64,000 nucleotides of DNA from Ascoidea asiatica JCM 7603 (Eukaryota; Fungi; Ascomycota). The stretch is from assembly GCA_001600695.1 (NCBI GenBank), contig BCKQ01000009.1, positions 601,846 to 665,845 of the forward strand. Reading direction: 5' to 3'. Made by a program: the position numbers and the translations under genes. Below are positions 35,743 to 47,039 of the stretch, one piece after another (position 1 is the first letter of the stretch; each line of letters opens with the position of its first letter). Under the pieces are notes generated by a model. That model was not told the DNA's origin and did no database searches. It worked only from the letters and a program-made list of their open reading frames with translations.

Positions 35743-36027
35743 TTTATATAATAAAATAATTTTTTTTATATACTTATTCTTTTTTTTTTTTTTCTTTCAT
35801 CAACAAATATCATTATAGTGCTCAACTTAATAAAGAGCCCACTATGATATAAACCTAAAATTCCTTTCTTGTCGTCCCTGTAATGTAGTCTACAAAATTT
35901 TATTTAATTCTCAAATTGTATTATGTTCCATTGAATTTTTCTTTATTTATTGCTTTGATTATCTAATTTCGAATATTACTTATTTATTATTGTTTTTATT
36001 TATAAAATTATTTATAATAATATAAAT

Positions 36028-36894
36028 TCAATCAATTTTAATATCTTTTGATTGAAAATGTTTGGCAATTGGAAATAATTTAAATTTTATTGCAATACCA
36101 AATTCAATTATTCTTAATGGTACCCATTTCATAACAAATGATAAAATTGATGAAAATTTACCTCTATAAATATTTAATTGATAAGTATTTTTTTCAATAT
36201 CATTACAAATTTTTTTGGCAAAAATTTCTGGTAACATTGGTTTATTATCTTTTGCCATAGTTTTTCTACTTTGAATAGAATTTAAACCTTCTTTAAAATT
36301 AAATATTGAATTTTCAGGTAATGATCTTTTATCTGCAATATTTGTTAAAACTCCTCCAGTAATAATATTAAAAACTTTAACATTAAAAATTTTCATTTCA
36401 ATATGTAAAATTGATGCATATTGATGAATTGCAGCTTTTGTTGAACCATAAATTCCTGCCCATGGAAATGGACAAATTCCTGCTAAAGATCCAGTAAAAA
36501 TTATAATACCTTTTGAATTTATAATAAATTTAGAAAATTCTCTTGTTAATTTAATTGGTGCAAATACATTAATTTCAAAACATTCTAAAATTAATTTATC
36601 ATTAACTTCAAATGATGGAAATGTACATGATGAACCTGCATTATTAAATAATAAATCTAATTTATTATTTGTTTTTTCACCAATAATTTTTTTAATTTTT
36701 AAAATTTCATCTAATTTTGTTATATCACATGAATAAATTAAAATACCAAATTTTTCTAATTCTTTCATAGGTTCTAATCTTCTTGCAATTGCAAAAACTT
36801 TATAACCTCTTATTGCTAATTCTTTTGAAATTGCAAATCCAATTCCTGATGATGCACCAGTTATTAATGCAGTCTTTTGATATTCTTCAGTCAT
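36028..36894 (-). CDS. AYR1: SDR family 1-acyl-DHAP reductase/lipase Ayr1
   Basis: TGASSGIG, LFNNAGSSCTFP, YGSTK (YxxxK), TGGVLTNIADKR. Confidence 0.9.
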   Translation of the reverse strand: MTEEYQKTALITGASSGIGFAISKELAIRGYKVFAIARRLEPMKELEKFGILIYSCDITKLDEILKIKKIIGEKTNNKLDLLFNNAGSSCTFPSFEVNDKLILECFEINVFAPIKLTREFSKFIINSKGIIIFTGSLAGICPFPWAGIYGSTKAAIHQYASILHIEMKIFNVKVFNIITGGVLTNIADKRSLPENSIFNFKEGLNSIQSRKTMAKDNKPMLPEIFAKKICNDIEKNTYQLNIYRGKFSSILSFVMKWVPLRIIEFGIAIKFKLFPIAKHFQSKDIKID

Positions 36895-37251
36895 TTCAAT
36901 ACTTTATAGTCTTCTAGTTAACCAATAGTAAGACAATTGATTTTGTAATGATAATAAATAATAAATAATAAATAATAAATATGAGGATTATATATTCAAT
37001 TAACAATTATCAATTAATTATTAAATATAAAAATGTTATAAATATTTACAAGAAGCAGTATTTTATTAACTTTACTGTTGACGAAGTAATAAAATAAAGG
37101 GATAACGCAAACTACAGTTTCTATTAAATACAATACCATTAATTTGTACGAGATCTCATATTAAAAAAGCCGTTAGGGGACATTGTATTATTACTATATA
37201 AATACTACTTAGTTACTTAGTTAACTACATGTATTTATTTATTTATTTTTA

Positions 37252-38115
37252 TTACAATTTATGTTTAATTGATTTATTTGATAAATTGATAAAATTTTGT
37301 TGAGGAATACCAGTTAACCATTTATTATAACCTTGAATAACTTCTTTTGAATTTGCAGAATGATAATAATTTTTTAAATTTGAATTAATTAAAGATTTAA
37401 TTTCTTTAATTGAATTAATATTTAAATTTTCAATTTTTTTTGAAATTTCATTAATAATTGTATTATTAAATTCTTCAATTTGATTATTATTTAAATTATA
37501 ACATTTATTAATAAAACCAATATTAATTAAATCTTTATTATAAATTGGAGAAGATAATAATAAAGCTTCATTAGCTTTAGATAAACCTAATCTTAATAAT
37601 AAAGTAAAAGAAGATGAACCTTCAGTAATTAAACCAATATTTGCAAAAGGATATAATAAAAAAACTTTATCATTTAAAGAATAAATAATATCAGAAAATG
37701 CAATTAAAGCAGCAGATAAACCAATTACAGGACCATTAAGACAAGTTATAATAATTTTTGAATGATTTATAAAAATATTAGTAATATATGAATTTCTAGA
37801 AACAAAATTATTTAACCAAAATTTTTCATTTTTTAAAATTTTTTCATTTTTTGGTAAATTTTTTAAAGAATTATGATTATTTTTAATAAAATGAAAATTT
37901 GCACCACTTGAAAAATATCTACCTGTTGAATTAATTATTGTTGCAATTATTTTTGGATCATTATTTGATTTTTCCATAAATTTTCCCCATTTAAAATAAT
38001 CTTCTCCAGTTAATGCATTTAAATTTCTTGGTTGATTTAAAGTAATAATTGCAATTTTACCTTTAATTGTATATAAAATATTATCATTATCAGTTATATT
38101 TTTTGAATCTGTCAT
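37252..38115 (-). CDS. ECI1: Peroxisomal delta3,delta2-enoyl-CoA isomerase
   Basis: Crotonase motifs GRYFSSGAN, LNGPVIGLSAAL, PFANIGLITEG; PTS1-like C-terminal HKL. Confidence 0.9.
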   Translation of the reverse strand: MTDSKNITDNDNILYTIKGKIAIITLNQPRNLNALTGEDYFKWGKFMEKSNNDPKIIATIINSTGRYFSSGANFHFIKNNHNSLKNLPKNEKILKNEKFWLNNFVSRNSYITNIFINHSKIIITCLNGPVIGLSAALIAFSDIIYSLNDKVFLLYPFANIGLITEGSSSFTLLLRLGLSKANEALLLSSPIYNKDLINIGFINKCYNLNNNQIEEFNNTIINEISKKIENLNINSIKEIKSLINSNLKNYYHSANSKEVIQGYNKWLTGIPQQNFINLSNKSIKHKL

Positions 38116-40131
38116 TGTTATAAAAAAAGAGAATTAAATAAGAATATAGATATTAATTTCTTTAAAGATTTTAAAAGTAAATGAATCTTTCTTATTTATA
38201 TTATATTATATGATATTATTCATTGGATGTCTTGAATGGTTGTCAAACATTGTAATGGATTATGATCAGAATTGAATCAAACCAATTGACTCAGTTTGAA
38301 TTACATCTGATATATTTATTCATGGTAAGTATTTGAGTTGATTGAATTGAAATGATAGAAATGATTGAATTATTTAATGAATGTGCTCAAGAATAGTAAC
38401 TTTAATCGATAATCGCTAAGATTCGCTTATCACAGGCTTTTATCTCAGTTTTGTCGCAGTTGGCGCGTTCCCCACAAAAAACAACGGTTACCATCGGACT
38501 CTATACAAGAAGACCCAGGTAAATGGATTCTAAAAAAATAAGGAGACCCACCTAAGTGGTCTCAATGTTTAATTTACCAATTTCATGGGTGGAATGTGTA
38601 CTGCTGTATAGCACTGTATTTAATGCATATACACGGATTACGTGCGGCTGACCTTTCCGCAATTTTATTTTTGTTTCCGTGGCTCGGATAGTTTGTTTAC
38701 AATTCAATCCGCGTGTTTACCTTTTTCCCTTTTCGGCACTCTCACGAAATTGACAGTTGTTTTGGCTTTGTGCCATTCTCAGAGACATTCTCAGAGATAT
38801 ATTTCTTGTTTCTTTCTTGTTTCTTTCTTCTTCTTCTTCTTCTTCTTCTTCTTTTGTTTCTTCTTCTGTTTCTTTTTCCTTTCCTTTCTTTGGTGTCAAT
38901 CACTAGACTACAGAACCCATCAAGAACATGAATATAATTGGTTTTGAAAATATTAGTTGAAAAAGAATTAAGCTTGCAATCACTTCACTTTGGTTTTCCC
39001 TTTTTTATCTTTGATTTTTATATCTTAATTCTCAAAAGCTCTGAATTAGAACCCAAAGGACATGAATGAAAATTTTATAATAAATTTATTTTTATTCAAT
39101 AGTTAATTTTATTAAAAAAAAAAAGAGATTAATCCTTTTTACTCAAAAATTATTATATTAATATTCTTTAATTAATTTTTCTCTATGATTGTTATCTTTT
39201 AATTATAATTATTATAAAATCTTATGAATAAATATAAATATAAATATAAAAAAAGGTTTATTTTAATTGTGAAAAACATCAACTGTCATCCAACATCATT
39301 AAAAGATTCAAATATCTTTATTATTATTAATATTATATTTTTAATTATTTTAATTTTTATAAAAGTTAAAGAAAGTAAATAATTTAAGATTTTTAAATTA
39401 ATTTATACAAAAAAATGAAATTTTAAATTTAAATTTAAAATTCATTATAAATCTCAATTAATTTAATTAATCCAGTTTAAATTTTTCTTTTCTAATGATA
39501 TATTTTAATTATCTTTATAAATTAAATAAATTTTAAATAAATTCTCAATGAGGTTTTTTTATTTAATTTAGTTAAGTAAAATTAACTAAAATTAATGATA
39601 TTATTATCTTCCTCTATAATAAAAAAAAAAAAAAAATTATTGAATAATATCATTCAAGATAAAATCATATTTACAAAAAAATAAATAATGAGAAAAATGG
39701 TTTTTTATTCTCTTTTTTTTTTTTATTAAAAATTTCTATTGCTTTTTTTTATATATTTTAATTAGAAAAAAAAAAATTTGAAAATTTTCAATTCAGTGAT
39801 TTAAATAAATTTAATCTACTTAACTTTCTAATTATTTTTAAAACAATTAAATTTTTTTTAAAAATCTTTAATTTTGTTTGAATTCTCTTATTTTAATTCT
39901 TAAATTTTTTTAAAAGTTTTAGTGAATGGGCTTTTCCAATTTTGGAAATGATCAATATTTATTCAAATTTATATATCTGATCTAAAAATTTTCTTTAAAT
40001 TAATTTATTTTTTTTTAAGAAATTTATCAATTTTATTGGTTTTTTTTTTTTTTCTTTTTAATAAGTAATTATATTCAAAAGTTCATTTGATGAATTCTTA
40101 GTGATTGACCCCCTTTTTAAAAAATTATATT

Positions 40132-40287
40132 GTATGTATAAAATATATTATTATTATATATAATTTTGATTATATTTTTTATACTAACTATATTATGAAT
40201 AAATTTTCAATTTCTTATATCTTTTAATTAAATATTAATATTTAAATAATATTCAAATAATATTCAAATAATATTCTAATTATATAG
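40132..40287 (+). other. Candidate 156-nt spliceosomal intron in non-coding/5' leader DNA
   Basis: GTATGT 40132-40137, TACTAAC 40182-40188, first downstream AG is TAG 40285-40287. Confidence 0.5.
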
Positions 40288-40499
40288 TTTTTATAAATAT
40301 AAATATAAATTGACTCGGATTTTTATATTTACTTAATTTGTTAAATAATTATTTAATAATTTTAGCCTTAAAATTTCATAATTTCAATTAATTATCCATT
40401 TTAACAATCCATTCAAAATTTATTAATCATTATTGAAAATACTCGACTCTTTATTTTTTCTTGTATTTTATCATATTCATTAAAACCCTTAGTAATGAT

Positions 40500-40560
40500 A
40501 ATATTAATATAAAATATTAATATAAAATATTAATATAAAATATTAATATAAAATATTAAA
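40500..40560. repeat. 13-bp AT-only tandem repeat (AATATTAATATAA) x4-5
   Basis: Directly visible. Confidence 0.8.
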
Positions 40561-42580
40561 ATATTAAAATTTTAATAAAAATAGAATTCAATTCTCTCAA
40601 ACGTTTGAATTTCTTATTTGAATATTCAAATTTCCTTTAAAATTCTTTATTTGTAAACTAAAAATTATATAAATATCTTAATTAATAACCTTCTATTTCT
40701 CATTCACATTATCTTTAACATTATCTTTAATATTATCTTTAATATTATTGTTAACTATTTTTAAATACATTTTCATTCTTTTTATTTACTTTTTTTTTAA
40801 ATATTTCTCAAATTTATATTTTTAATCCAATAAATTTAAACTTTCTCTTACCAAAATTCAACAAAGAGAGAGAATAATAATAAAAAAAAAAAAAAGCAGC
40901 ACTCGATCAAATTTTAGTAATTTACTAGTTTATTAACTAACTGATAATTTAATAAATTTATTTAATCAGATTTCGATTATTAAATCACAATATCAATAAA
41001 TAAATAAATAAATAATCTTTAATTATATTTCTATTCTTTCGTTTAATATAGAAATCTCAAATATAATAAACCACTGTATTTTATTGAATATTAAATTCAC
41101 TGAAATTACTCTGGAGCTATTCACTTCCTAAATAAGCACAATAAAAGTAAAACTTGTTTTAAAGTACTTACTTTGGCTTAATTATTTTTAATTATTTTTT
41201 AAAAACTTGAAATAGTTTATTAATAATTTATTTACAAGAATTCTATAAGAAATTCATAATTAATCTCATTATTTCACCTTATTTCACTTATATTTGGATT
41301 CCTCTTAGATTCAAAGTATAACCAAAAAAAAATTTTCCTTTTTCAATTACAAATCTCTTGAAAACCATATCAAAATCAACTAACAAATTATAAACAATTC
41401 AATCAATTAAGAAAGACTAAAGTAATAAGTTTATTCAAATATAATTTATCCATATTAATAAAAAAAAAAAGTTTCATTATTCAAATCTAATCAATATATT
41501 AATCAAATATCAAAGAAAAAAATTTAATTTTTATTAATTTTATAATCCATTTCAAAAGAATCAATAAATGTTATTTATATTTATAATAATAAAGAATAGA
41601 CTAATTAAATTATTTAATTTCACTTCTTGATCTCAAATTCAAAATCATTTTTTCAATTCTTTAAAAAATTCTTCTTCATTAATTAAAATTTAATTTTTAA
41701 ATTCAAATTTTTTTATTTTTTCATTCCTTAAATAAATTTATCTCAAAATTCAATATTAATATCATAAATTTTATACAATCATTCAACTTTCAATTGTCTA
41801 TTTATTTGTATACTATTTTCATTATTTTCTTTTATTTCTATCAAATTCCCATTGTTAATTTCACTTTATAAAAATAATTCAATCCTTTTTTTCTATCTTT
41901 TATTCATTCTCAATTAGAAAGTTTTACTCCATTCAAGTGATTTTAAATCATTTTTATACCTTTAATTTCTCTTTGTAATCGGATTTTGCATTGCTCTAAA
42001 AAAAAATTATCAAGCTTTAAAGTCTCGTTCAAAAACTCTTTTTCATTCTTTTATTCTTCTCAATTCATCAAATAGAAACAGTAATTCTATCACCCAACTT
42101 CTATCCAAAATTTATCCATATCTATTCATATTTTATTCATATTAATCAGTGCCTCATCTAAACTTCACACTCACTCTATTTAAACTTTGCCAATCGCAGT
42201 CAATTTATCAAATCTCAGCCTAAAAAAAAAAAATAACAATACAAATCTAAGCAATCAATACATCACCAACAATAATTTATCTAAATAATTTATGTAAATA
42301 TATATATAAATCTAAGAGATATATAATCTATTCTTTTGTTCTTTTATTTAGTTGTTCATAAACCAAATCTATCAATTCCTGAATCCATTTGTTTACATGA
42401 TCCAGCTTTTCAATTGCCTTACCGATCCAATATATTATCTCAATTAGGCGCCGAAATAGAAAAGACAAATAAAAATTGAAAACAAAATCAGATTTCAAAA
42501 ATAAAGGTTCCAAAAAAGGTATTATTTATTAAAACCAAAACAAGAAAGTTATTCTTAGAAATAATCAAATAAAAGAAATA

Positions 42581-45193
42581 ATGTCAGAAAAGACTTCTGA
42601 TTCAAAGCAGTTAATATCTGAGAATAAGAAAAAGCAAAAAAGCCCAAGAAGTGATAAATCTGACTCAAACAACTCTAATAATAATAGCGGTAATGATGAT
42701 GGCAATAATAATGATCCAGAAAATAATGATGATGATAATGATCAAGATATGGAATATGATCCTGAAAATGATTCCAATTCTCATTCAGCTAAAAAACAAA
42801 AATCAAAAAAATCATTCAAAGAAAAATATTTTAGACATAAATCAAAATCTAAATCAAATATTAAGCAAAAAAATAAAAATTATTCATCTCAACCGCCTTC
42901 ACCAAATAGATCCATAGCAACACCTTCATCACCATCTTCATCTGATGAAAATAATTCTTCATTTCCTTCAACATCTTCTTCTGCATCAGATATTTCAAAT
43001 ATAAATTTACAAAACTTACATAAATATAAACATTTATCTGAAACTACAATATTAAGAGTTATAAATCTAAAAGCAGAAAGAGAAAGAACTAAACAAGAAA
43101 AATTTAGACTTAAAACTGCAAAATTATTGAAAGAAGTTTTAAATATTGCAATTACAAATCATATTCCTTCAAATTCAATTCCTTTTATATTTAAAAATAT
43201 ATCTTCAACTACATCATCTAATTCATCTTCAAATGCTTTTAATTTTTCAAATTTTCAAATAAAAAATCAAGATTTAATTCAAACTTCAAATCGTCAATTA
43301 GAATCATCACAATCTCAAATTGAAACTCAAAGTCAAACTCAGCCTCAACATGAATTCATTCCCGAATCTCAATCAATTGAAGTTGAAAAAAGACCAATTC
43401 ATAAATCTCATAAAGAAGAAAAAGAAAAAGAAGAATCTCAGCAACAGTATCAACGACAACAACAACAACAACCATTTCAACAAAAACATCAAAGAAGATC
43501 TGATTCAATTTCATCATCTCAATTACAACCTAGACATCAATCATCAAAATCAACTTCATCATCTTCTTTCAATGCAAGTTTTCAAGCTGGAATTAAAAAA
43601 TTAAAAAATCAATTAAAAGTTCGAAATAAATCAAGTAATAAATCTGGTTCATCTTTAACTTCAGTTAAATCAGCTTCTTCAACTCTTTCAAATTTAAATC
43701 CTCAGATTTCTTCATCTTCTATTGCATCTCAATTAACTTCATCAAGTTCTTCAAGAAAACCACCAAGTTCATCAACTTCAGTATTTAGAGTAGATTTAGC
43801 TCATCCAATTAAATATGAATTTCATCATTATCAAACTCCTGAACAAAAAAATAAAAAATCAAGAAAAGGTACTTCACTTGAAAATACTCCAAGGCAATCA
43901 TCTTCATCGTCTGATAAATTTGCTGTTCCAACTGGTTCTGTAAGAAAAATGATTCACTCAAGAAATAAATCAATGACCACTAGTATAAGTACACCAGAAA
44001 TATCTTCTAGAAATAAATCTTCATCATTATCTTCACCATTTTCTGTAAAAAATTCATCCTCGAAAATTGAAAAATATCCTTCAAGAAGTCGATTAGATTC
44101 ATTTTCTGTTATTGAGTATGATCCTGATGATATGAGTGAATTTCAATCAAAGAATTTAAAAAAGGGTAAAACTCCTTCACCTAATATACAACCACCTAAT
44201 AGATCATTAAATGATATTTCAGAAAAGACTTCACCATCTTTATTATCACCTAGTACAATTACTCCTATTCGACAACAATTTCATTCTAGAACTAACTCTA
44301 GATCGCAATCTCAATTTCAATTCGGATCTCATTCAAAATCACTTTCTCAATCACAATTACCACCTATATCTCCTTTAAAAACGCCATCACAAAGAAATCA
44401 AAGAAGTAATGTTCAAACACCAATTGGAACAACAAATTACTCAAGTTCTTTTATTGGTTATAATGCCTCTCCTACTCAAGCAACAAATCAACAAGTTTAC
44501 CCTCAAACTCCACCTGTAAATATCAATAATCCACTTCCATCCGATTATCGTTTTCGTCAAAATCAAGTATTAGAAACTTCTCCTCAATTTTACCCATATA
44601 ATCAAGGTACTCCTTCTCAAGCTAATTCTTCTCAATTATCTGTAGATCGATCAAATCCTCAACAATTTCAACAGCAACAGTTTAATACCCAACAACTTCA
44701 AATACAGCAACAACAACAACAACAACAACAACTTCTGTTACAACAGCAACTGCAACAACAGCCGTCTGTGCAACAGTCTCATCTCAGGGCCCCTTATAAT
44801 ATTGGAACCACTCCATCTCATCAATATTTATCTGGTCAAAGACTTTATCAAAATAGTCCATTGCAATATGAACAACAATCACCTGTAGCTTTTCAATATT
44901 CTGGTGAATCTTTTCAACAGAACCAACCTCAAACAACAGCTCAGAATTATAATATCTCTCAATTTCAATCTCATCAGCAATTAAAACAACAGCAACAACA
45001 GCAACAGCAACAACAACAGAGATCTAATGTGCAGGGTCAATCTCATCATTTACTTCAACAAGCTACACAACCTTCACAACTGGTTGCTCAGCATCAACAA
45101 ACTCCCACTAGGGAAGTTCAAAGTTCTAATAAGCCACCTTCAAAAAGTGATATCCAGTATATGCTTGCTTCTGAAGAACCTGAAAAGAAATGA
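42581..45193 (+). CDS. Large disordered S/Q-rich protein with a Bop3-like helical domain
   Basis: 870 aa ORF. LSETTILRVINLKAERERTKQEKFRL..A....IP...I..IF resembles the remembered S. cerevisiae Bop3 segment FSENALMKAMDLKIEQEKTKQQYYKL. Confidence 0.8.
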   Translation: MSEKTSDSKQLISENKKKQKSPRSDKSDSNNSNNNSGNDDGNNNDPENNDDDNDQDMEYDPENDSNSHSAKKQKSKKSFKEKYFRHKSKSKSNIKQKNKNYSSQPPSPNRSIATPSSPSSSDENNSSFPSTSSSASDISNINLQNLHKYKHLSETTILRVINLKAERERTKQEKFRLKTAKLLKEVLNIAITNHIPSNSIPFIFKNISSTTSSNSSSNAFNFSNFQIKNQDLIQTSNRQLESSQSQIETQSQTQPQHEFIPESQSIEVEKRPIHKSHKEEKEKEESQQQYQRQQQQQPFQQKHQRRSDSISSSQLQPRHQSSKSTSSSSFNASFQAGIKKLKNQLKVRNKSSNKSGSSLTSVKSASSTLSNLNPQISSSSIASQLTSSSSSRKPPSSSTSVFRVDLAHPIKYEFHHYQTPEQKNKKSRKGTSLENTPRQSSSSSDKFAVPTGSVRKMIHSRNKSMTTSISTPEISSRNKSSSLSSPFSVKNSSSKIEKYPSRSRLDSFSVIEYDPDDMSEFQSKNLKKGKTPSPNIQPPNRSLNDISEKTSPSLLSPSTITPIRQQFHSRTNSRSQSQFQFGSHSKSLSQSQLPPISPLKTPSQRNQRSNVQTPIGTTNYSSSFIGYNASPTQATNQQVYPQTPPVNINNPLPSDYRFRQNQVLETSPQFYPYNQGTPSQANSSQLSVDRSNPQQFQQQQFNTQQLQIQQQQQQQQQLLLQQQLQQQPSVQQSHLRAPYNIGTTPSHQYLSGQRLYQNSPLQYEQQSPVAFQYSGESFQQNQPQTTAQNYNISQFQSHQQLKQQQQQQQQQQQRSNVQGQSHHLLQQATQPSQLVAQHQQTPTREVQSSNKPPSKSDIQYMLASEEPEKK

Positions 45194-46182
45194 ATTTTAG
45201 GTTTTTTTACTAGTTATGTAAACTTCTAAAATGTTTTTTTATTTACTTAATTTTATTATTAGTATTATTATTGTTTTTATTTTATTATTTTATTATTATA
45301 TTTGTCTTTTTCTTTTTCTTTTTCTTTTTTATATTTTATCATATAATTCGGTTGGTTTTATTACTGTTTAGGTTTTGTATCAAATTGTGCAATACAAAGA
45401 CATGAAATGCAAGGATAGGTTTTATCTGGAAAATTCAATATGTATAGGTTAAAAAATTATTTTTTTTATTTTATTTTCCAATTTATCTCTTTGAGTCTTA
45501 AAGATATAGATTATATAAATTATATATATTTCATGTATACACTTCATTTTTTTTTTTCTAAAATTACTTTATTTTTTTTTATCTTTTTTTGTGTTTTTTT
45601 TCTAAAATTTTTTTTTTTTTTATTGTGCTAGTAGTTCAGATAAAAATGGTGAAATGAAAATGGTGTTTTTAAAATAAATTTTATATTACTTTTAAGAATT
45701 ATAAATTTTCATATATGATTGATTCATATAGCTTTACATGTATGTTTTTTTATATATATATTATTCAATTCAAAATAGTTTGAAAGCTACTTTTCTTTTA
45801 ATTTACGCTTCTTCAATTAATCATTATCCATTATTTATTCATTATTTATTCATTATTTATTCATCATTTATTCATCATTTATCTATCAATATTTTATTAT
45901 CAAAGATTTATTTTTTTTTAAATTTCACTTGAGGCCAAATAAACGGAAGTTCTTCCAACTAATAATAATAAAAAACAAGATGTCGGTCGGACTTCAAGGA
46001 GAATTCAATCACATTCAAATTCAAATATGATTTTAAATCGCAAAATTTGGGGTAAAAGAAAATAAATGTTTAATATTATAAACAAATTTCAATTATAAGA
46101 ATGAAAATTTATTTTGAAATAAATAATGTTTTTATTATTTCAAGAATCATTAATTGAGTTTGTAATGAATTGAGATAGATTA

Positions 46183-46677
46183 ATGGATTATGATACTTTA
46201 AAATTCATAAATTCTGGGGATATAACAAAGTTTAAATTAAAACCTAAAGAAAATATTGAAAAATTTGAAAATATCAAAATGAGTAAAAAATATAGAAAAT
46301 ATAAGAAAAATCAAATACAAGAGATAAATGAGATAAATGAGATAAATGAGATGAATGAAAGAAATGGAATAAATAAAATAAACATATTAATATATTTCAT
46401 TACAATATATTTATTTTTTAATAGAAATTCAAATAATTTTAATAATAATTATAATAATAATGTTAGATTAGAAAAAGATTATAAATTAATTTTTTTAATA
46501 ATTTCAATATATTTAGGACCTTCACAAGATGGATTATTGACAACATTTGGATTTATTTTTTTAATAAGTCTGTTAATAAATTTATTTTATGAAATTAATT
46601 TTTATTGTTTTTTAATTTGGTTTATAGTTAAAATTTTAAAAGAAATTAATAAAATAATTTTTAAAAAAAGATATTAA
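46183..46677 (+). CDS. Small hypothetical membrane protein
   Basis: 164 aa ATG ORF, host codon usage, EIN and poly-N repeats, about 3 hydrophobic segments; no family recognised. Confidence 0.55.
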   Translation: MDYDTLKFINSGDITKFKLKPKENIEKFENIKMSKKYRKYKKNQIQEINEINEINEMNERNGINKINILIYFITIYLFFNRNSNNFNNNYNNNVRLEKDYKLIFLIISIYLGPSQDGLLTTFGFIFLISLLINLFYEINFYCFLIWFIVKILKEINKIIFKKRY

Positions 46678-47039
46678 AAAGCTGAAGGAATATGATTATG
46701 AATCATGGAGATAATAATGGTAAGATCTATTGAAGTAATTATTCTATTGGAATTTTTCAAAAAAAACTACTGTTAATAAAATAGTACTAAGTTAGTTATA
46801 AAATTTATATATATTCTGTATATATGATTAAAGAAGACATTCATAATTCTAGAAATCTTTTCAATTTTCAATCTGTTTCAATTAATTTTTCAAAAATTAT
46901 TAATATCAATATATATTTATTGATAAAAATATAATCCAAAAGAATAGTTTATGTTCTTTGATCTTTTAATGATTTTTTTAATAAAATATAAAATGATTTA
47001 TTATTCTATAAATATTACGTAATAAATTAAATTTTAAAT

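Noticed and set aside
38480-38690. CGG triplets upstream of ECI1 as an oleate response element
   Set aside because: Spacing does not match CGG-N3-TNA-N9-12-CCG; only generic Zn2Cys6-type half sites.
38642-38947. Short ORFs rich in Phe, Leu or Glu
   Set aside because: Artefacts of a (TTC)n microsatellite with non-ATG starts.
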